Shown: positions 13,739 to 27,770 of the stretch, one piece after another
Layout of the letters: the number at the start of each line of letters is the position of its first letter
Position numbering within the stretch: the stretch's first letter is position 1
Source of the DNA: Octopus vulgaris
Lineage: Eukaryota
Reading direction: 5' to 3'
Assembly (NCBI GenBank): GCA_951406725.2
Contig: OX597827.1
Location: forward strand, 59,830,001 to 59,894,000
Length of the DNA: 64,000 nucleotides
Notes under the pieces: generated by a model
Database searches by the model: none
Seen by the model: the letters and a program-made list of their open reading frames with translations, nothing else
Told to the model about the DNA's origin: nothing
Translations under genes and position numbers: made by a program

Positions 13739-14144
13739 GACAAACAGGCAGAGAGACAAAGAGAGGGACAGACAGATAACCAACGAGCTGACAGATAGCT
13801 ATGCGTACGACTGTGTTTATGCATAAATATTTAGAAATACACGAATGTGCATGCATATTAATGGCGAATATTCAAATTAAAACGCCGCCAAATTGTCTAT
13901 ATTCCCATATATATATATATATATATATATATATTACCTTTGTATTTTTCTCCGTGTGTGCGTGTGTGCATGTATGTGTTTACGTAAATGTTTGCGTGTT
14001 TGTATTCGCGTGGTTGTTTATGCGTGAGCATGCGTATTTGTCTGTGTACGTTTGTCTGTGTATGTCTGCGTTGATGTATGTATCTGAGTGAAATTTCAAG
14101 CTTTTGTTGAAGTGTTTGGATGTGTGTGCGCACACGCAATGTTT

Positions 14145-14182
<38 letters not shown>

Positions 14183-14332
14183 CTGTGCGAGTTTGTGCAT
14201 GTTTGTGCGTGTGTGTTTGACTAAGTGAGTGTAAGAGTGTGTGTTTGTATTTGTATCGTATTTTTTTCTGTTTTAGTGTGTATTTCTCAGTGTGAGTGTG
14301 CGCATGAGTGCATATCTGCTTGTATATATGTA

Positions 14333-14985
14333 TTACGTTGGCAATTAAGCTCCCGCGGTTTTTTTAAATTTCAATTTTTTTAAAAGGTTTAATAAAAAGT
14401 AACAACTAATTAATCAATAATGTATTCACTCTTGTTATTTACAACGTCTCCCCAACGTTTAACAAGATTTTCAATACCTCGTTGGTAAAATTCACTCGAT
14501 TTCGACTCGAACAATTGATCCAACCAAGCTCTCAATTCTGCATCAGTATTGAACGAAACTCCGCGCATAGCATTTGAAAGAGATCGAAAGAGGTGGAAAT
14601 CCGTTATTGCCAAATCAGGAGAGTACGGCAGGTGGAACAGCACTTCCCAGCCATGCTTTTGAATGGCTTCCTTGGTCATATTGGTGATATGAAGGCGGGC
14701 GTTGTCGTGCAGCAGAACTCCATGCTTCTGATTAGGTCTTTTCTCTTGAATAGCCGTGCTGAGTCGTTCCATCTGTTGAACATAGAGTTCCGCGTTGACA
14801 GTTTGGTTCCGTTCAAACAATTTGTAATTGGATAATCCCTTCCCAGTCCCACCACACACACAACATCGTTTTACGCAGATGAAGATCTTGTTTCATGCGC
14901 GGTGTCGGTTGTTTACCTGGGCTAAGCCATTCCTTATGCTGCTTCATATTGATGTACAGGCACCATTTTTCGTCGCCAGTAACGA
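14333..14985 (-). mobile_element. mariner transposon, 3' half (DD34D transposase pseudogene)
   Basis: TGDEKW, LLHDNAR and HLPYSPDLAITDFHLF motifs; TIR TTACGTTGGCAATTAAG after TA; same family as 41605-42857. Confidence 0.95.
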
Positions 14986-15017
14986 TATATATATATACAT
15001 ATATATATTTATATATA

Positions 15018-15177
15018 ATTGAAATTTACAAAAAACAAAAAAATGAAGGCAGGTGTATAAACAACAAACAGGTGTATTAGTTTAACTCTCAGGAAGTTAA
15101 GAAAGTCTTTTACGTTTTGAGCCTACGCTCTTCAACAGGAAGGAACACGAAGAAATGAACAGAGAGAATGAGAAACT
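15018..15177 (-). mobile_element. family H1 compact hammerhead-like element
   Basis: Minus strand ttc CTGTTGA a GAGC gtag GCTC AAAA CG TA aaag; flanked by TA repeats. Confidence 0.7.
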
Positions 15178-15257
15178 TATATATATAGAAATATATATAT
15201 ATATATTTATGGGAGGGCGTTAGTGTGTGCATGCGTGCGCACGTATATATATATATA

Positions 15258-15702
15258 TTGTTCAAATTTTCAGAAGACAAAAGACTACAGGCAGGTGAAG
15301 GGACAACAAAGAGGTGTATTAGTTTAACGCTCAGGGTGAATGGCAAAGTATCTGATGTTTAGAGCCTATGCTCTTCGGCAGAAGGGATTAAGAAGGAAAA
15401 GGCGGTGAGCTGGCAGAATCGTTTGCACGCCGGGCGAAATGCTAAACGGTATTTCGTCTGCTGTTACGTTCTGAGTTCAAATTCCGCCGAGGTCGACTTT
15501 GCCTTTCATCCTTTCGGGGTCGATAAATTTAGTATCAGATACGCACTGGGGTCGATCTAATCGACTTAATCCGTTTGTCTGTCCTTGTTTGTCCCCTCTG
15601 CGTTTAGCCCCTTGTGGGCAATAAAGAAATAAGACAGGATTAAGAGGAAAAAACGGAAAGAGGAAAAAAATGTATAGAGATTAATGGCCCAGCATGATGA
15701 AA
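15258..15702 (-). mobile_element. family H1 element interrupted by a SINE B
   Basis: Minus strand ctt CTGCCGA a GAGC atag GCTC TAAA CA TC; GGATTAAGA(A)GGAAAA is duplicated on either side of the SINE. Confidence 0.65.
15400..15632 (+). mobile_element. SINE type B, full length
   Basis: AGGCGGTGAGCTGGCAGAATC...AATAAAGAAATAA with flanking duplication. Confidence 0.9.
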
Positions 15703-15852
15703 TGTGTGTGCGTGCTCGCGCGTGTATGCATATAATGATGCCTGTATGTGAGCATGAGTACTATATACTCTAGTTCAAGTATATAATAGACTCACTGTGT
15801 TATACAATTGGTATATTTGTATGAAGGTAGACATAATTTTTAAAAGTATATA

Positions 15853-16262
15853 AAGGCGCAGGAGTGGCTGTGTGGTAAGTAGCTTGCTAATCAATCACAT
15901 GGTTCAGGGTTCAGTCCCACTGCGTGGCATCTTGGGCAAGTGTCTTCTACTATAGCCTCGGGCCGACCAAAGCCTTGTGAGTGGATTTGGTAGACGGAAA
16001 CTGAAAGAAGCCCGTCGTATATATGTATATGTATATATGTGCGTGTGTGTTTGTGTGTCTGTGTTTGTCCCCATAGTATTGCTTGACAACCGATGCTGGT
16101 GTCTTTATGTCCCCGTCACTTAGCGGTTCGGCAAAAAAGAACGATAGAATAAGTACTGGGCCTACAAAGAATAAGTTCCGGGGTCGATTTGCTCGACTAA
16201 AGGCGGTGCTCCAGCATGGCCGCAGTCAAATGACTGAAACAAGTAAAAAGAAAAAGAAAAAG
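15853..16262 (+). mobile_element. SINE type A, full length
   Basis: AGGCGCAGGAGTGGCTGTGTGGTAAG...GGGTTCAGTCCC...GAAACAAGTAAAAAG. Confidence 0.92.
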
Positions 16263-17387
16263 ATATAACGTTGATCAAGGGCGCATACAATCATCGTAAT
16301 ATAAATGACCACTCATGTATTTTTTTAAAAAAAAGAACTAAAGTATTTCATGATAGACCTATGTTAATTTACCCCTGAAGACATATTTTCAATCGAGGAA
16401 GTTCAACCAGTGCATTAGGAAAACAGGACACACAGACAAGCATACGCACACATACACACACACATAAATATAGAGAAAGTACTTAATCTGTTTTATATAG
16501 GTACATATGTGTATGTGTGTGATACGTATATATGTATACATATAAATATCTATGTATATGTGTATGCATGTATACATGCGTATTTATGTATATTTATAAA
16601 TATATATACATATGTGTGTGTGTATATATGTGTGTGTGTGTGTGTGTGTATACAGTTATGTGTGTATGTCTGCGTAGGTGTGTGTATGTGTGTAGTTATA
16701 TTTGTTCTAGTATTTATGCGCTGAGGTTTGGGTCACTAATTTTCGTTCTAGCTATTTTGACGTTACTGAGTCGACCACATTCAGCAGAGGTTAGAAATTA
16801 GGAAATATATATTAAGTGAATCAATTATTATTAATGTCGAGGGCGGTGGTGTCTTTATTCAATTATAACGACAGGATGATGAATTCAGTTATGGAACTTG
16901 AATCACGTACTAATAAATACCACAAATATAGATATAAATAGTAGAAAATTGCTGTTACAGGAAAAACTTATTAATATGTCACTTAGAATTTATTAACTAT
17001 TAATCATAAATCGCACGTTGTACAAATTACATATTGTACGTTGTTGAAGAAATATTACTTGGCGACAAGGAGCTGGATAAAAAAAAATATAGAAGCTATG
17101 CTGGAATTGTGAGGTGCTAGGAGGCATTTTGTAAGTACTAAGATGGCTGCATGGTAAAAACTAGTGGTGGCATGAATGGTGGAGGCCATTCTTGGTTCTT
17201 GTAGCATTGTAGTGTTGTGTTAAGTATTTTGATAGGTGTGAAATACCCGAAATGTATGATAGATGCCATTGTGAATACCTTGTATGTAGCGCCAAACTTT
17301 TTTATAAATACTTAGCTAAATCTTCGCGTCTTTAAATACAACATGTCTACGTATACATGTGAGCATGCGAGTGCGTGTGTGCGTGCG

Positions 17388-17513
17388 CAACCACATGGTT
17401 CCGGGTTCAGTCCCACTGCGTGGCTCCTTGGGTAGCCTCGGGCCGACCAAAGCCTTGTGAGTAGATTTGGTAGACGGAAAATGAAAGAAGCCCGTCGTAT
17501 ATATGTATATATG

Positions 17514-17586
<73 letters not shown>

Positions 17587-17820
17587 ATGTGTGTGCGTGT
17601 GTATATATGTTTATACAGATGTTAATACAGACATCGTTTGACAACCGATGCTGGCGTGTTTACGTCCCCGTAACTTAGCGGTTGGCAAAAGAAACCGATA
17701 GAATAAGTACTAGGCTTATAAAGAATGAGTCCTGGGGTCGATTTTCTCGACTACAGGCGGTGCTCCAGCATGGCCACAGTCAAATGACAGAAACAAGTAA
17801 AAGAGAGAATGTAAAGAGTA
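17388..17820 (+). mobile_element. SINE type A, 5'-truncated
   Basis: Homology to 15853-16262. Confidence 0.9.
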
Positions 17821-17875
17821 TATATATGCATGCATACACACATACATACAAACACATATGCACAAAATCACTTAC

Positions 17876-17955
<80 letters not shown>

Positions 17956-18000
17956 CACACATATTTCAGGCCTTGTGCCTTTAGTAGAAAGGATTATTTA

Positions 18001-18397
18001 AGGCGGCGTGCTGGCAGAATCGTTAGCACGCCGGGTGAATTGCTTAGCTGTATTTCGTCTGCCGTTACGTTCTGAGTTCAAATTCCGCCGAGGTCGACTT
18101 TGCCTTTCATTCTTTCGGGGTCGATAAATTAAGTACCAGTTACGCACTGGGGTTGATATAATCGACTTAATCCGTTTGTCTGTCCTTGTTTGTCCCTTCT
18201 GTGTTTAGCCTCTCGTGGGCAGTAAAGAAATAGGTATTTCGCCTGTCGCACCGTCCTGAGTGCTAATTCCGCTGATGCCGATTTTGCTTTTCATCCTTTC
18301 AAGGTCGATAACATAAGTACCAGTTACACACTGGGGTTGATGTAATCGAATCATTTCCTTCCCCAAAATTGCTGCCCTTGTGGCAAAATTTGAAACC

Positions 18398-18398
<1 letters not shown>
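18001..18398 (+). mobile_element. SINE type B, full copy plus tandem partial
   Basis: Homology to 15400-15632. Confidence 0.9.
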
Positions 18399-18450
<52 letters not shown>

Positions 18451-18959
18451 CATTATTATTGTTATTATTATTTTTTGACATGAAAATATAATGGAGATAT
18501 ATTGAAAGTGGGAAAGACATTCAGAACTGCTACCGAAAAATAAAAAGAGCGTTTGCGAGAGGGAGAGAGTAATTTGCTTGCTTTGAATGTCATGGCCTTT
18601 GCTCCATTTCACAGGGAAAACCTGGTGGGAGTATTGTGATGGGACCATCAAATTTGGACCTTACAGTTGACAAACACAACCAACATACACACACAAATAC
18701 ATACATAAATGCATACATACATAGACACATAGATAGACAGACAGATTGATAAATAAATAGACAGATAGATAGATGTATATATATATATGCCAAAAAAAAA
18801 AGAGATACATATGTACGTACACTTATTAATGCATACATATGAACATACACATATATATGTATACACACACACACACATACACATATGTAGGTGAGCATGC
18901 GTGTTTGTTGCATCATGCACATATATACCAACATGTAAAATATTATATTCCATATTTTA

Positions 18960-19165
<206 letters not shown>

Positions 19166-19199
19166 CAAGAGTTAAGGAATGGAGTAGATAAGATCAGGG

Positions 19200-19285
19200 T
19201 TATTATATATGTTTCCTAGCGAACGGAACCTCAGAAGTGGTAAATAACCAAGCGAGCTGTATACCGCTGGCTACTCTTCAGGCCA
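19200..19285 (-). ncRNA. degenerate hammerhead candidate
   Basis: Minus strand CTGAAGA gtagc...gctag GAAA CATATA TA next to a long (TA)n; helix I not evident. Confidence 0.35.
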
Positions 19286-20139
19286 AGGATATATTGATTA
19301 AAGGAAAGTTTACAATGTCGCAAGGAGGTTTTTATGCATGTGTGTATGTATGTATTTTTAAATATATAATAAATACATATTAATGTGCGTACATGTATGT
19401 ATATATGTATGTATGTGTGTATACACGTATATATGTGTATATGTCTGTGTGCGTATGTGTTTGTGTCGGTGTGTGTGTACAATATCTGTACTGAGAGTTA
19501 AGATTAAATGCTGATACGTACCATCAAATTTCTATTTTGTTTCTACGAATGTTTTTCCTTTTGCTTGTCTAGGGTAAATGGCGCCGAGGGCAAGCATCAA
19601 AATTGCGACCCTCAAAACCAAAAATGTTTTAATGGCTTAATTAGAAAATGATTATGGCCAAAATTGCGTTCACCCCTCAAAGTGGCACCCAGAGTATGTG
19701 CCCTACTTGCTCCACCTTAGCTACGCCCTTGCTCCCACCCCAGAGTCATGTGGACCCTATTTGAAAACCACAGTTCTAGATAATGATGAACCAACTTAAG
19801 AAATACATTGGCGCAGTGGTTTTTCAAACAGACAGATTCTAGGTTCGCATCGAAGGAATAAATAAGGAGATAAGAATAAACAATCAAAAAAATATAAAGA
19901 AACGAAAAGAAAAAAAGCAGGAAAGAAATTAGTGAAATTTTTGTCACAGTTTCCTCTCCATCAGAGAGCAGACAAGATGATATTCGCGTCACTGTAATTT
20001 CATTTTTACACCATGATGTAAGCGTAAATTGTTTGAAGCCTTCTTAATTTTACTAGATACAGTAAGTTCTTCGCCCTCTTTTCAATCGTCTCACTCATGA
20101 GAAGACACACCTCATTGCTCCGCCTGACACACCTCACTC

Positions 20140-20830
20140 GTAGACTCACTGCATTGGCGGATTCACTGCATCAGCAGACTCACTGCACTGGTACACTCAC
20201 TGTTCGAGAAGACTCACTGTATTGGCGGACTCACTGCACTAGCAGACTGATTGCACTGGCAGATTCACTGCATTAGCAGATTCATTGTACTAACAGACTC
20301 ACTGCACTGGTAGATTCACTGTTCCAGAAGAGCCACTGCACCGGCAGATTCACTGCACTGACAGACTCACTGCACTTACAGACTCATTGTTCCAGAAGAG
20401 TCACTGCACTAGCAGATTCATTGCACTAACAGATTCATTGCACTAACAGACTCACTACACTGGCAGACTTACTGCCCTGGCAGATTCACTGCACTGACTG
20501 ACTTATTGTTTCAGAAGAGTCACTGCACTAGTAGACTCACTGCACTGGCGGACTCACTGCACTAGCAGACTCATTGCACTGGTAGACTCACTATTCTAGA
20601 AGAGTCACTGCACTGGCAGACTCACAGCACTGGCAGACTCACTGCAGTAACACATATACTCACTGCACTTGCAGATCTGTTGCGACAAAGTCACTCCTCT
20701 AGTAGATATACTCCTCTGGTAATCACACTGATCTGGAAAAGTCATTGCTCTGCCAGACTCACTGTGCCGGCAGACACACTGCACTAGCAGGTCAGCTGTA
20801 GCAGAATCACTACTCCGGCAGTTACACTGT
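20140..20830. repeat. 17-bp minisatellite (GACTCACTGCACTGGCA)
   Basis: About 40 diverged units, with a recurring variant unit ...TGTTCCAGAA. Confidence 0.9.
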
Positions 20831-21594
20831 CCTTGTAAACACGCTCTCAAAATTGGTGCTGCTGTGTGTGCGAATTCCACAATAGTTACGGACCACATTG
20901 TAATGCTTACTGGAATCTCTTTGCATGTCTATTTTCATGGGTAATCTGATATCGTGACAGAAATGGAAGAATACTTGCCATAGTCTGAAAGTGAAAGAAA
21001 GCTCCGTTTTTATATTTATTTTCAAAATTCTTAATATGTAATCGCGTGTTGAAGTTCATATTACTGTATTCTGGAAGGGTCATACTGCCAATAAAGACAC
21101 AAACACTGGTTATGTTTTCCTTCAACTTTTTTAAATCAATTTGTTAATTAATGAGTTGATCAATTGGTTAATCTATTAGAATGTCAGAGTCCTTTTGTCA
21201 AAGCCTGGGACCTTATCAATGAATATCTTTAACAGTACGTGCTCTTTCTCCTCAGCACTTACTGTTCAACAGGGCCTCTCTATTTGGATATTAGAAAATC
21301 TAAAGTTTCTACAATTGCCAGCCATTACAAAAAACAACTACAACAAAACAAAAATGACAAATTAATTAAAATGTTAAAAAGGGAAGGGAACAAGTCGATT
21401 ACCTTGGTCCCAGTGCGTAACTGGTACTATTTTATCGACCCAGAGAAATATAAGATAAAGTCAACCTCAGCAGAATTTGAACTCAGAACGTAAAGATGGA
21501 CAAAATTCCGCCTCTCCTAAGAATAGTAATAATACTAACAACGGCAACAATAACAGCAACATAACGACTACTATGGTAACAATACGATATTTAC

Positions 21595-21985
21595 ACTTTA
21601 CTCTTTTACTTGTTTCAGTCATGTGACTGTGGCCATGTTGAAGCACCGCCTTTAGTTGAGCACATCGACCCCAGGACTTATTCTTCGTAAGCCAAGTACT
21701 TATTCTATAGGTCTCTTTTGCAGAAACGCTAAGTTACGGGGACGTAAACACCCCACCATCGGTTGTCAAGCGATGTTGGGGGGGACAAACACATACACAC
21801 ACACACACACACATACACATATATACGACGGGTTTCTTTCAGTTTCCGTCTACCAAATTCACTCACAAGGCTTTGGTCGGCTCGAAGCTATAGTAGAAAA
21901 CACTTGCCCAAAGTGCCACGCAGTGGGACTGAATCCGGAACCATGTGGTTGGTAAGCAAACTACTTACCACACAGCAACTCCTAC
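21595..21985 (-). mobile_element. SINE type A
   Basis: Reverse complement of the SINE A consensus. Confidence 0.9.
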
Positions 21986-23205
21986 TGCAAGATCTTAACA
22001 TTATTACAAGCAATAATACCAGCACCATCACTAGCCTTACCACCACCATCACCACCACCATCGCCACCACCACCACCACCACCACCAATACTACTAACAC
22101 TAGCACTACCGCCAACTATCGCCGTCATAACCATTACCGCCAACATTCCATTGCCATCAACACCCTCCCCACCCCATTCCCCCACTCTGTTCCCATCGTC
22201 TCCTCTACCACCAATACTAGAGGCACCAGAGTTATTAAGATCACTGCCGCCGCCATCATCACTAACATCAGCACCATCACAATATCATTATCACCAGTAC
22301 AACAACAGTTGTTTAACGCCTTCGGCGGCACACCACTACTAGCGCCACCATCACCACCATCACCACCACCACTACCACTACCACCACCACCACTACAAAC
22401 ACTACCACCACAATGCTCAAGACAACGATGATGACGACTATTACCACCACCACACTCGCTTTCACCACCATCATCACTACCATCACCACTCAACTACCAC
22501 CTCCACCATGACCACCATCGCAGTCACCGTCACCACAACCGCCTTCACCATCACCACCACCCTCACCAATACTACCACCACCCTCACCACAACTACCACT
22601 AGCACCACCACCGCCACCCACCACGACCACGTTCATCCTCACCGCCATCACCGCCGCCGCCACCACCACCACAATCTCCACCAACGTCAACATCGCCCCC
22701 ACTATCACCATCGCCACCACCACCACCAGCTACCCACCCCTCCCTACATCCCATCTAATATGTCAGAGCTAACTCTTCAGGTAAGGAGTGACATTAAACT
22801 ACAGCCTCATGATAGCTGCAACTGTCACAGACGGCATTGACGGATGTGTTATTACTGGCGGAGCGTAGTGGAGGTGGGCGAGAAGATGTGATGCAGGTTG
22901 ACAGTGTCGCTTAATAGTAATGGTGGTGGTGGTGGTGGTGTTGTGGTTGCGGTGGTTGATGGCAATGATTATAGTTATGGTTAGTTTGATAGTTGCTGAT
23001 GATGATAACAGTGGTCCTGGTAGGGGTGATGTTGGTGATGCTATGATGGTGATGCTGATGGTGGCAATGGTGGTGTTTGGCGGCAGTGATTAAAGTTATG
23101 GTTAGGTTGATGGTTGTTGTAATAGCTGAAGGAGGCAGAAGTGATGATGAAGGCGATGGTGGTGTGGGTGGTTGGCGCTATTGGTGTATGCGTGTGTATG
23201 TATGC

Positions 23206-23241
<36 letters not shown>

Positions 23242-23259
23242 ATACGTATATGTATGTAT

Positions 23260-23800
23260 ACAGGGTGCATTTCAGAAGTTTTGAGACTTTTTCAGGAGGG
23301 ACTTTTAATTATTTGAAAGAAGTACAAAACTCTAGTTTCCTTCAAAGTACGATCCTCTGACTTCAATGCATTTGTTGTAGCAATCCATCCACTTCGTGAA
23401 GGCCTAAGGAAAGTTCTCCAAAATGAAGGTCACCAGGATCTTCGTCACAACCTCCTTCATTTTTTTCAATGTCTTCAAAAACAACTACTCCCAAGATTCT
23501 GTTTCTGTTTGGAGAGACTACAGGGAGGATAAAGAATAGTTTTGATGACCATCACTATCAAGTAGCTGGTTACCAAGATATAATTGTGGACTGGAGCATT
23601 GTCACGGTGCAGATGCTCTGGACCTTTTCTGATAATATCTCTTCACGAACTCACTCAAAACCTCCACAAATTACCCTTTTATGGCCAGTGGGAAACCTTC
23701 TGGCCAGAGGGATCATCATGAGCTTCCGGTGGACTTGTCTCTTGTACCAGCGAAAAATGGATACTTGGCTCATACAAGTCTATCCCTAAAGCTCTAGAGA
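23260..23800 (-). mobile_element. decayed mariner-like transposon fragment
   Basis: TA-CAGGGTGCATTTCAGAAGTTTTGAGAC end; minus-strand AFTKWMDCYNKCIEVRGSYFE resembles the mariner C-terminus. Confidence 0.6.
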
Positions 23801-24394
23801 TTTGCGCTGTTTGATATAAAACTTCATTGCATAGCGAGCTTCCAAATTGTTTTTAAGTCCTGAATGCATTCTACAAACTAGTCAACCGTGACCAGCAGTG
23901 TTTAGTCAGGTGTGTTCAAAATACTTCTTCAATCTAGAGAAACAAAATTTGGCAGATTGGTTTATTAGATGATACATAGTAAAGATATCGTTTTTTTTTT
24001 TAAAGATCATTGGCAGAAGTGGACAACACTGTAATGTGCTGAAGTATAATTTATCAAATGATAAAAGTAGTTGTTTTTGCTGGTATGACAGTTTATTCCC
24101 CAGACTCCTGTGAGTCTTGGTCAAACTGATTTAAAACTGAGTTATGATCAAAGGCCTTTTAGCTTATGATCTTGCCCTGTTGCTTTTAAGGCAATGTATC
24201 TATTTACGACTACATTATCCATTATGTCCTTCCCTTTTCTGACGTCAACAATGATATGAGTTAATGTGTCCGTCCGTTGTTTAAGTCTTAAACTTTAAGA
24301 CACATGGTAGGTATGATATGAGGAAGGTTTTGTCACTATTTCTAGCAGGTCGAGAGATAATATATGGGTTTCCTCGTGGCTGGTAAAGTAAGCA

Positions 24395-24865
24395 TACTAA
24401 GACGTAACTAAGATGTGCACTTGTTACAAAGATGCACACTTCATTTAAAGCTTTGTAACACCAAAATCTAAGATGTGGGCTTGGTATTAAGAGAGAACTA
24501 AGATGTGTGATTGATACTATGATGTAACTAAAACGTATACTTGATGCTAAGACATAACTAAAATGTACACTTGATACTAAAACATAACCAAGATGTACAC
24601 TTAATACTAAGATGCATCTAAGATATAACTAAGACGTACTTTCATTACTACGATACTAAAATATAACTAAGGCGTGTACTTGACGCTAAGACGTATATTT
24701 GATAGTTAGACAACTAAAATGTACACTTCAGACAAAGACAAAACTAAAATACACACTTGATACGAAGATATAACGAAGGTTGTACACTTGATTCTAAGAT
24801 ATAACTAAGATGTACATCTGATACTAAAATCCCAAGATGTATACTTGCAACTAAGATATAACCAA
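24395..24865. repeat. ~30-bp minisatellite (ACTAAGATGTACACTTGATACTAAGATATA)
   Basis: About 14 diverged tandem units. Confidence 0.85.
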
Positions 24866-24938
24866 TATTTGAGGTTGATTACAGAAAGATATACTAAATA
24901 AATTATGACATATTAACTGTAAAACTAAAACATCTATC

Positions 24939-25260
24939 AGGCGTGGCTGTATGGTAAGAAGCTTGTTTCCCAACTACATGATTCTGCTTTCAGTCCCACT
25001 GCGTGGCACCTTGGGCACGTGTCTTCTACTATAGCCTTGTTAGTGGATTTGGTAGACAGAAAGAAACCCGTCGTATGGGTGGAAAAAAGAGAGTACTCAA
25101 ATACCAGAGGTAGAGTAATATGCTTTATTTAAAAGCAGCAGAAATATAATAAAACCTATTACTCAGAGTTTCACGTTCCCGTTCGTCGGACAGTTTTGTT
25201 AACAAAACTGTCCGATGAACGGGAACGTTAAACTCTGACTAACAGTTTTTGTTATATTTC

Positions 25261-25324
<64 letters not shown>

Positions 25325-25507
25325 TTGTGTGTCTGTGTTTGTCCCCCACCATCATCGCTTGACAACCAACTAATATTGGTGTATTTACAATAAGAGACCG
25401 ATACAATAAGTATTAGGCTTTCAAATAATATCCTGAGGTTGATTTGTTCAACTAAATGGCGGTACTCTAGCATGGCCGCAGTCAAATGACTCAAACAAGC
25501 AAAAGAA
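24939..25507 (+). mobile_element. SINE type A split by a hammerhead palindrome
   Basis: 5' half 24939-25076 and 3' half 25325-25507. Confidence 0.85.
25078..25265. ncRNA. head-to-head double hammerhead palindrome with tail (family H4)
   Basis: Palindrome centred at 25200/25201; consensus of the two arms is aacaaaactgt CCGAYGA acg ggaa cgt GAAA CTCTGAG TA acagttttgtt. Confidence 0.8.
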
Positions 25508-25864
25508 TGTACTAAATTTTAGCAAGATGTGCCCGCAGATTAAGACAAATATTGAAAACTAGAGCAAAAAACAAAACAAAATAAAATACAAAGTAAAAAC
25601 AAAAAAACAAAAACGGAATATTTTCTTGCGAAGCCATCAACATGTTGATTAGACAGATAAGTAGGTGAAAGGCATAATTTATTATTGAAATAGGCAGAAT
25701 GTATTTTAGGGTCTGTGGTGGAAGAAATAAGTCAAGAATGACAATTGTTGCGTTGAAGGACCAGAATTGACGCTAAAATGAATTTAGAAATTGGTCCTAA
25801 ACTCTCAGGAGAAACAAGGATTCCCACAAGTTTTGTGACATTAATTGGTCAGTATGAGACACCA

Positions 25865-25885
25865 TGCCGTGTGTGGATGTGTGTG

Positions 25886-25934
<49 letters not shown>

Positions 25935-26836
25935 TGAGAGAGAGAGGGAAAGTAGTGTGTGATGTATGTGTGGGTGTGTGTGAGAGAATGTAGTGTGTGT
26001 GTGTGAGAGAGAGAAAGAGGGAATGTAGTGAGTGATGTGTGTGTAGGTGTGTGAGAGAATGTAGTGTGTGTGTGAGAGAGAGAGAGAGAGAAAGAGGGAA
26101 TGTGGTGTGTGATGTGTGTGATGTGTGTGTGTATGTGTGTATGAGAGAGAAAGAAAGAGGGAATGTAGTGTGTGTGTGAGAGAGAGAGAGGGAATGTAGT
26201 GTGTGATGTGTGTGTGAGAGAGAGAGAGAGAGGAAGAGGGAATGTAGTGTGTGATGTGTGCGTGGGTGTGTGAGGGAGAGTATATGTGTTATGCGTGCTG
26301 TGTCTATGTGTATGTGTGTGTGGTGTGTGTGAGGAGGAGTGGTGTGTGTATATGTGTGTGGTGTGTTTATGTGTGTGTACGTGTATGTTGTGTGTGTGTA
26401 TGGTTGTATGGTGTTTGTGTGATGTGCGTGTGGTATGTATGTCTGTATGTATGAAAGACAGGTGTGAGTGTGAGAGAGAGTGGTGTATGATGAACTTGTG
26501 TGTGTGTGTAACTGTGTGTGTGTAATTGTGAGTGTTTGTGTATTTGTTTGTGTACTTGTCTGTGTGTGTGTAAGAGTGGAAGCGTGTGTGGGTGGGTGGG
26601 TGTAGATGGTGCATGTTATATCTTGGTGTGGATGTATGTGATATTTGTCCATGGGTGTGAATATATATATGTGAATATGTATGTGTGTGTGTGTATGTGC
26701 GTGCGAGAGAGAGAGAGTGGGGAGTGAGAAAAGGGGTGCAGGTGGGTGTGATTATATCTGGGTAATTGTGTGAACGTCTGCCTGTGTGTATGTGTGCGTG
26801 TGTGCGCAAGTGTGTCTGCGCGCGCATGTGTCTGCT

Positions 26837-26878
<42 letters not shown>

Positions 26879-27130
26879 AATGTGTGTGTGTGACTATGTA
26901 TCGGTGTGTATGTCTGTGTGTGAGAGACAAAGAGGAATGAGTGTACGAGTGTGTGTGAGTGTGTGTGAATGTGTGTATGTGATGCGTGTGTGTGCCTGTG
27001 TATGTATGCCAGTTTACCTGTGCTGATGAATGATAGTGCATGTGGAAATGTGTGTGTATGTGTGTGTGTGTGTACATGCGCTCGCGTGATTATATGTGCC
27101 AGTGTGTGTTTGCGTATACACCAATGTGTT
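25865..27130. repeat. (TG)n/(GA)n compound low-complexity tract
   Basis: Includes repeated GAGGGAATGTAGTGTGTG units. Confidence 0.85.
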
Positions 27131-27249
27131 TGCATCTATGGTATATTGTATGTCATGTTCTATGACTTTGTATGATAGTGAATGCAGACCGTCAGATAAA
27201 ATTCACTCATATTGCTTTATGAGCAAATATATATTATCAATATCACATA

Positions 27250-27770
27250 CCGTAAATCCTCGAGTATAATCCGCATTTTTTTCCTAAAATTTAAAGGTTA
27301 AAATCCCTAGTGCGTATTATAGACGAGGTTAAAAATGAAAATTATTTTCTAAGCAATGTCCGAGTCTCTATTTGCTGTCCGGCAATGTTTATTCAGACGC
27401 ATTTTGTGATGTCGGGCGCGAAAATACCTTAAGCTAAGCCTGAAAGCAATGAAGTCATAAAAGAATCATACATAGCATGCAGTAAGCAACATTTATTAAA
27501 TTTTATTACTGTTATTACTGTTATTTCTTTATTTTTTGCAAACAAAATGCACAAAAAAGCTACATGTTTGCATTATGGTATTTATGCAATAATAATAAAG
27601 GATGTTACCGTATACATTTTTACAAACCAGGGGCGTTATATAGACCGCCTTGACTCAAGTTAGAGAAGAGGTGCGTATTATACACAAGGTTTAGGTTTTT
27701 CAGAGGTACAGCCCCCTAAAAATCCCCTGCGCATTATACTCAAGGGCGGACTATACTCGAGGATTTACGG
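27250..27770. mobile_element. pogo/Tc2-like MITE
   Basis: TIRs CCGTAAATCCTCGAGTATAATCCGC / GCGGACTATACTCGAGGATTTACGG; TA TSD; subterminal GCGTATTATA repeats; no ORF. Confidence 0.9.

Noticed and set aside
22508-22786. His-rich frame ending at CAG/GTAAGG donor
   Set aside because: Low complexity, upstream stops and no clear acceptor; donor-like hexamers occur by chance.
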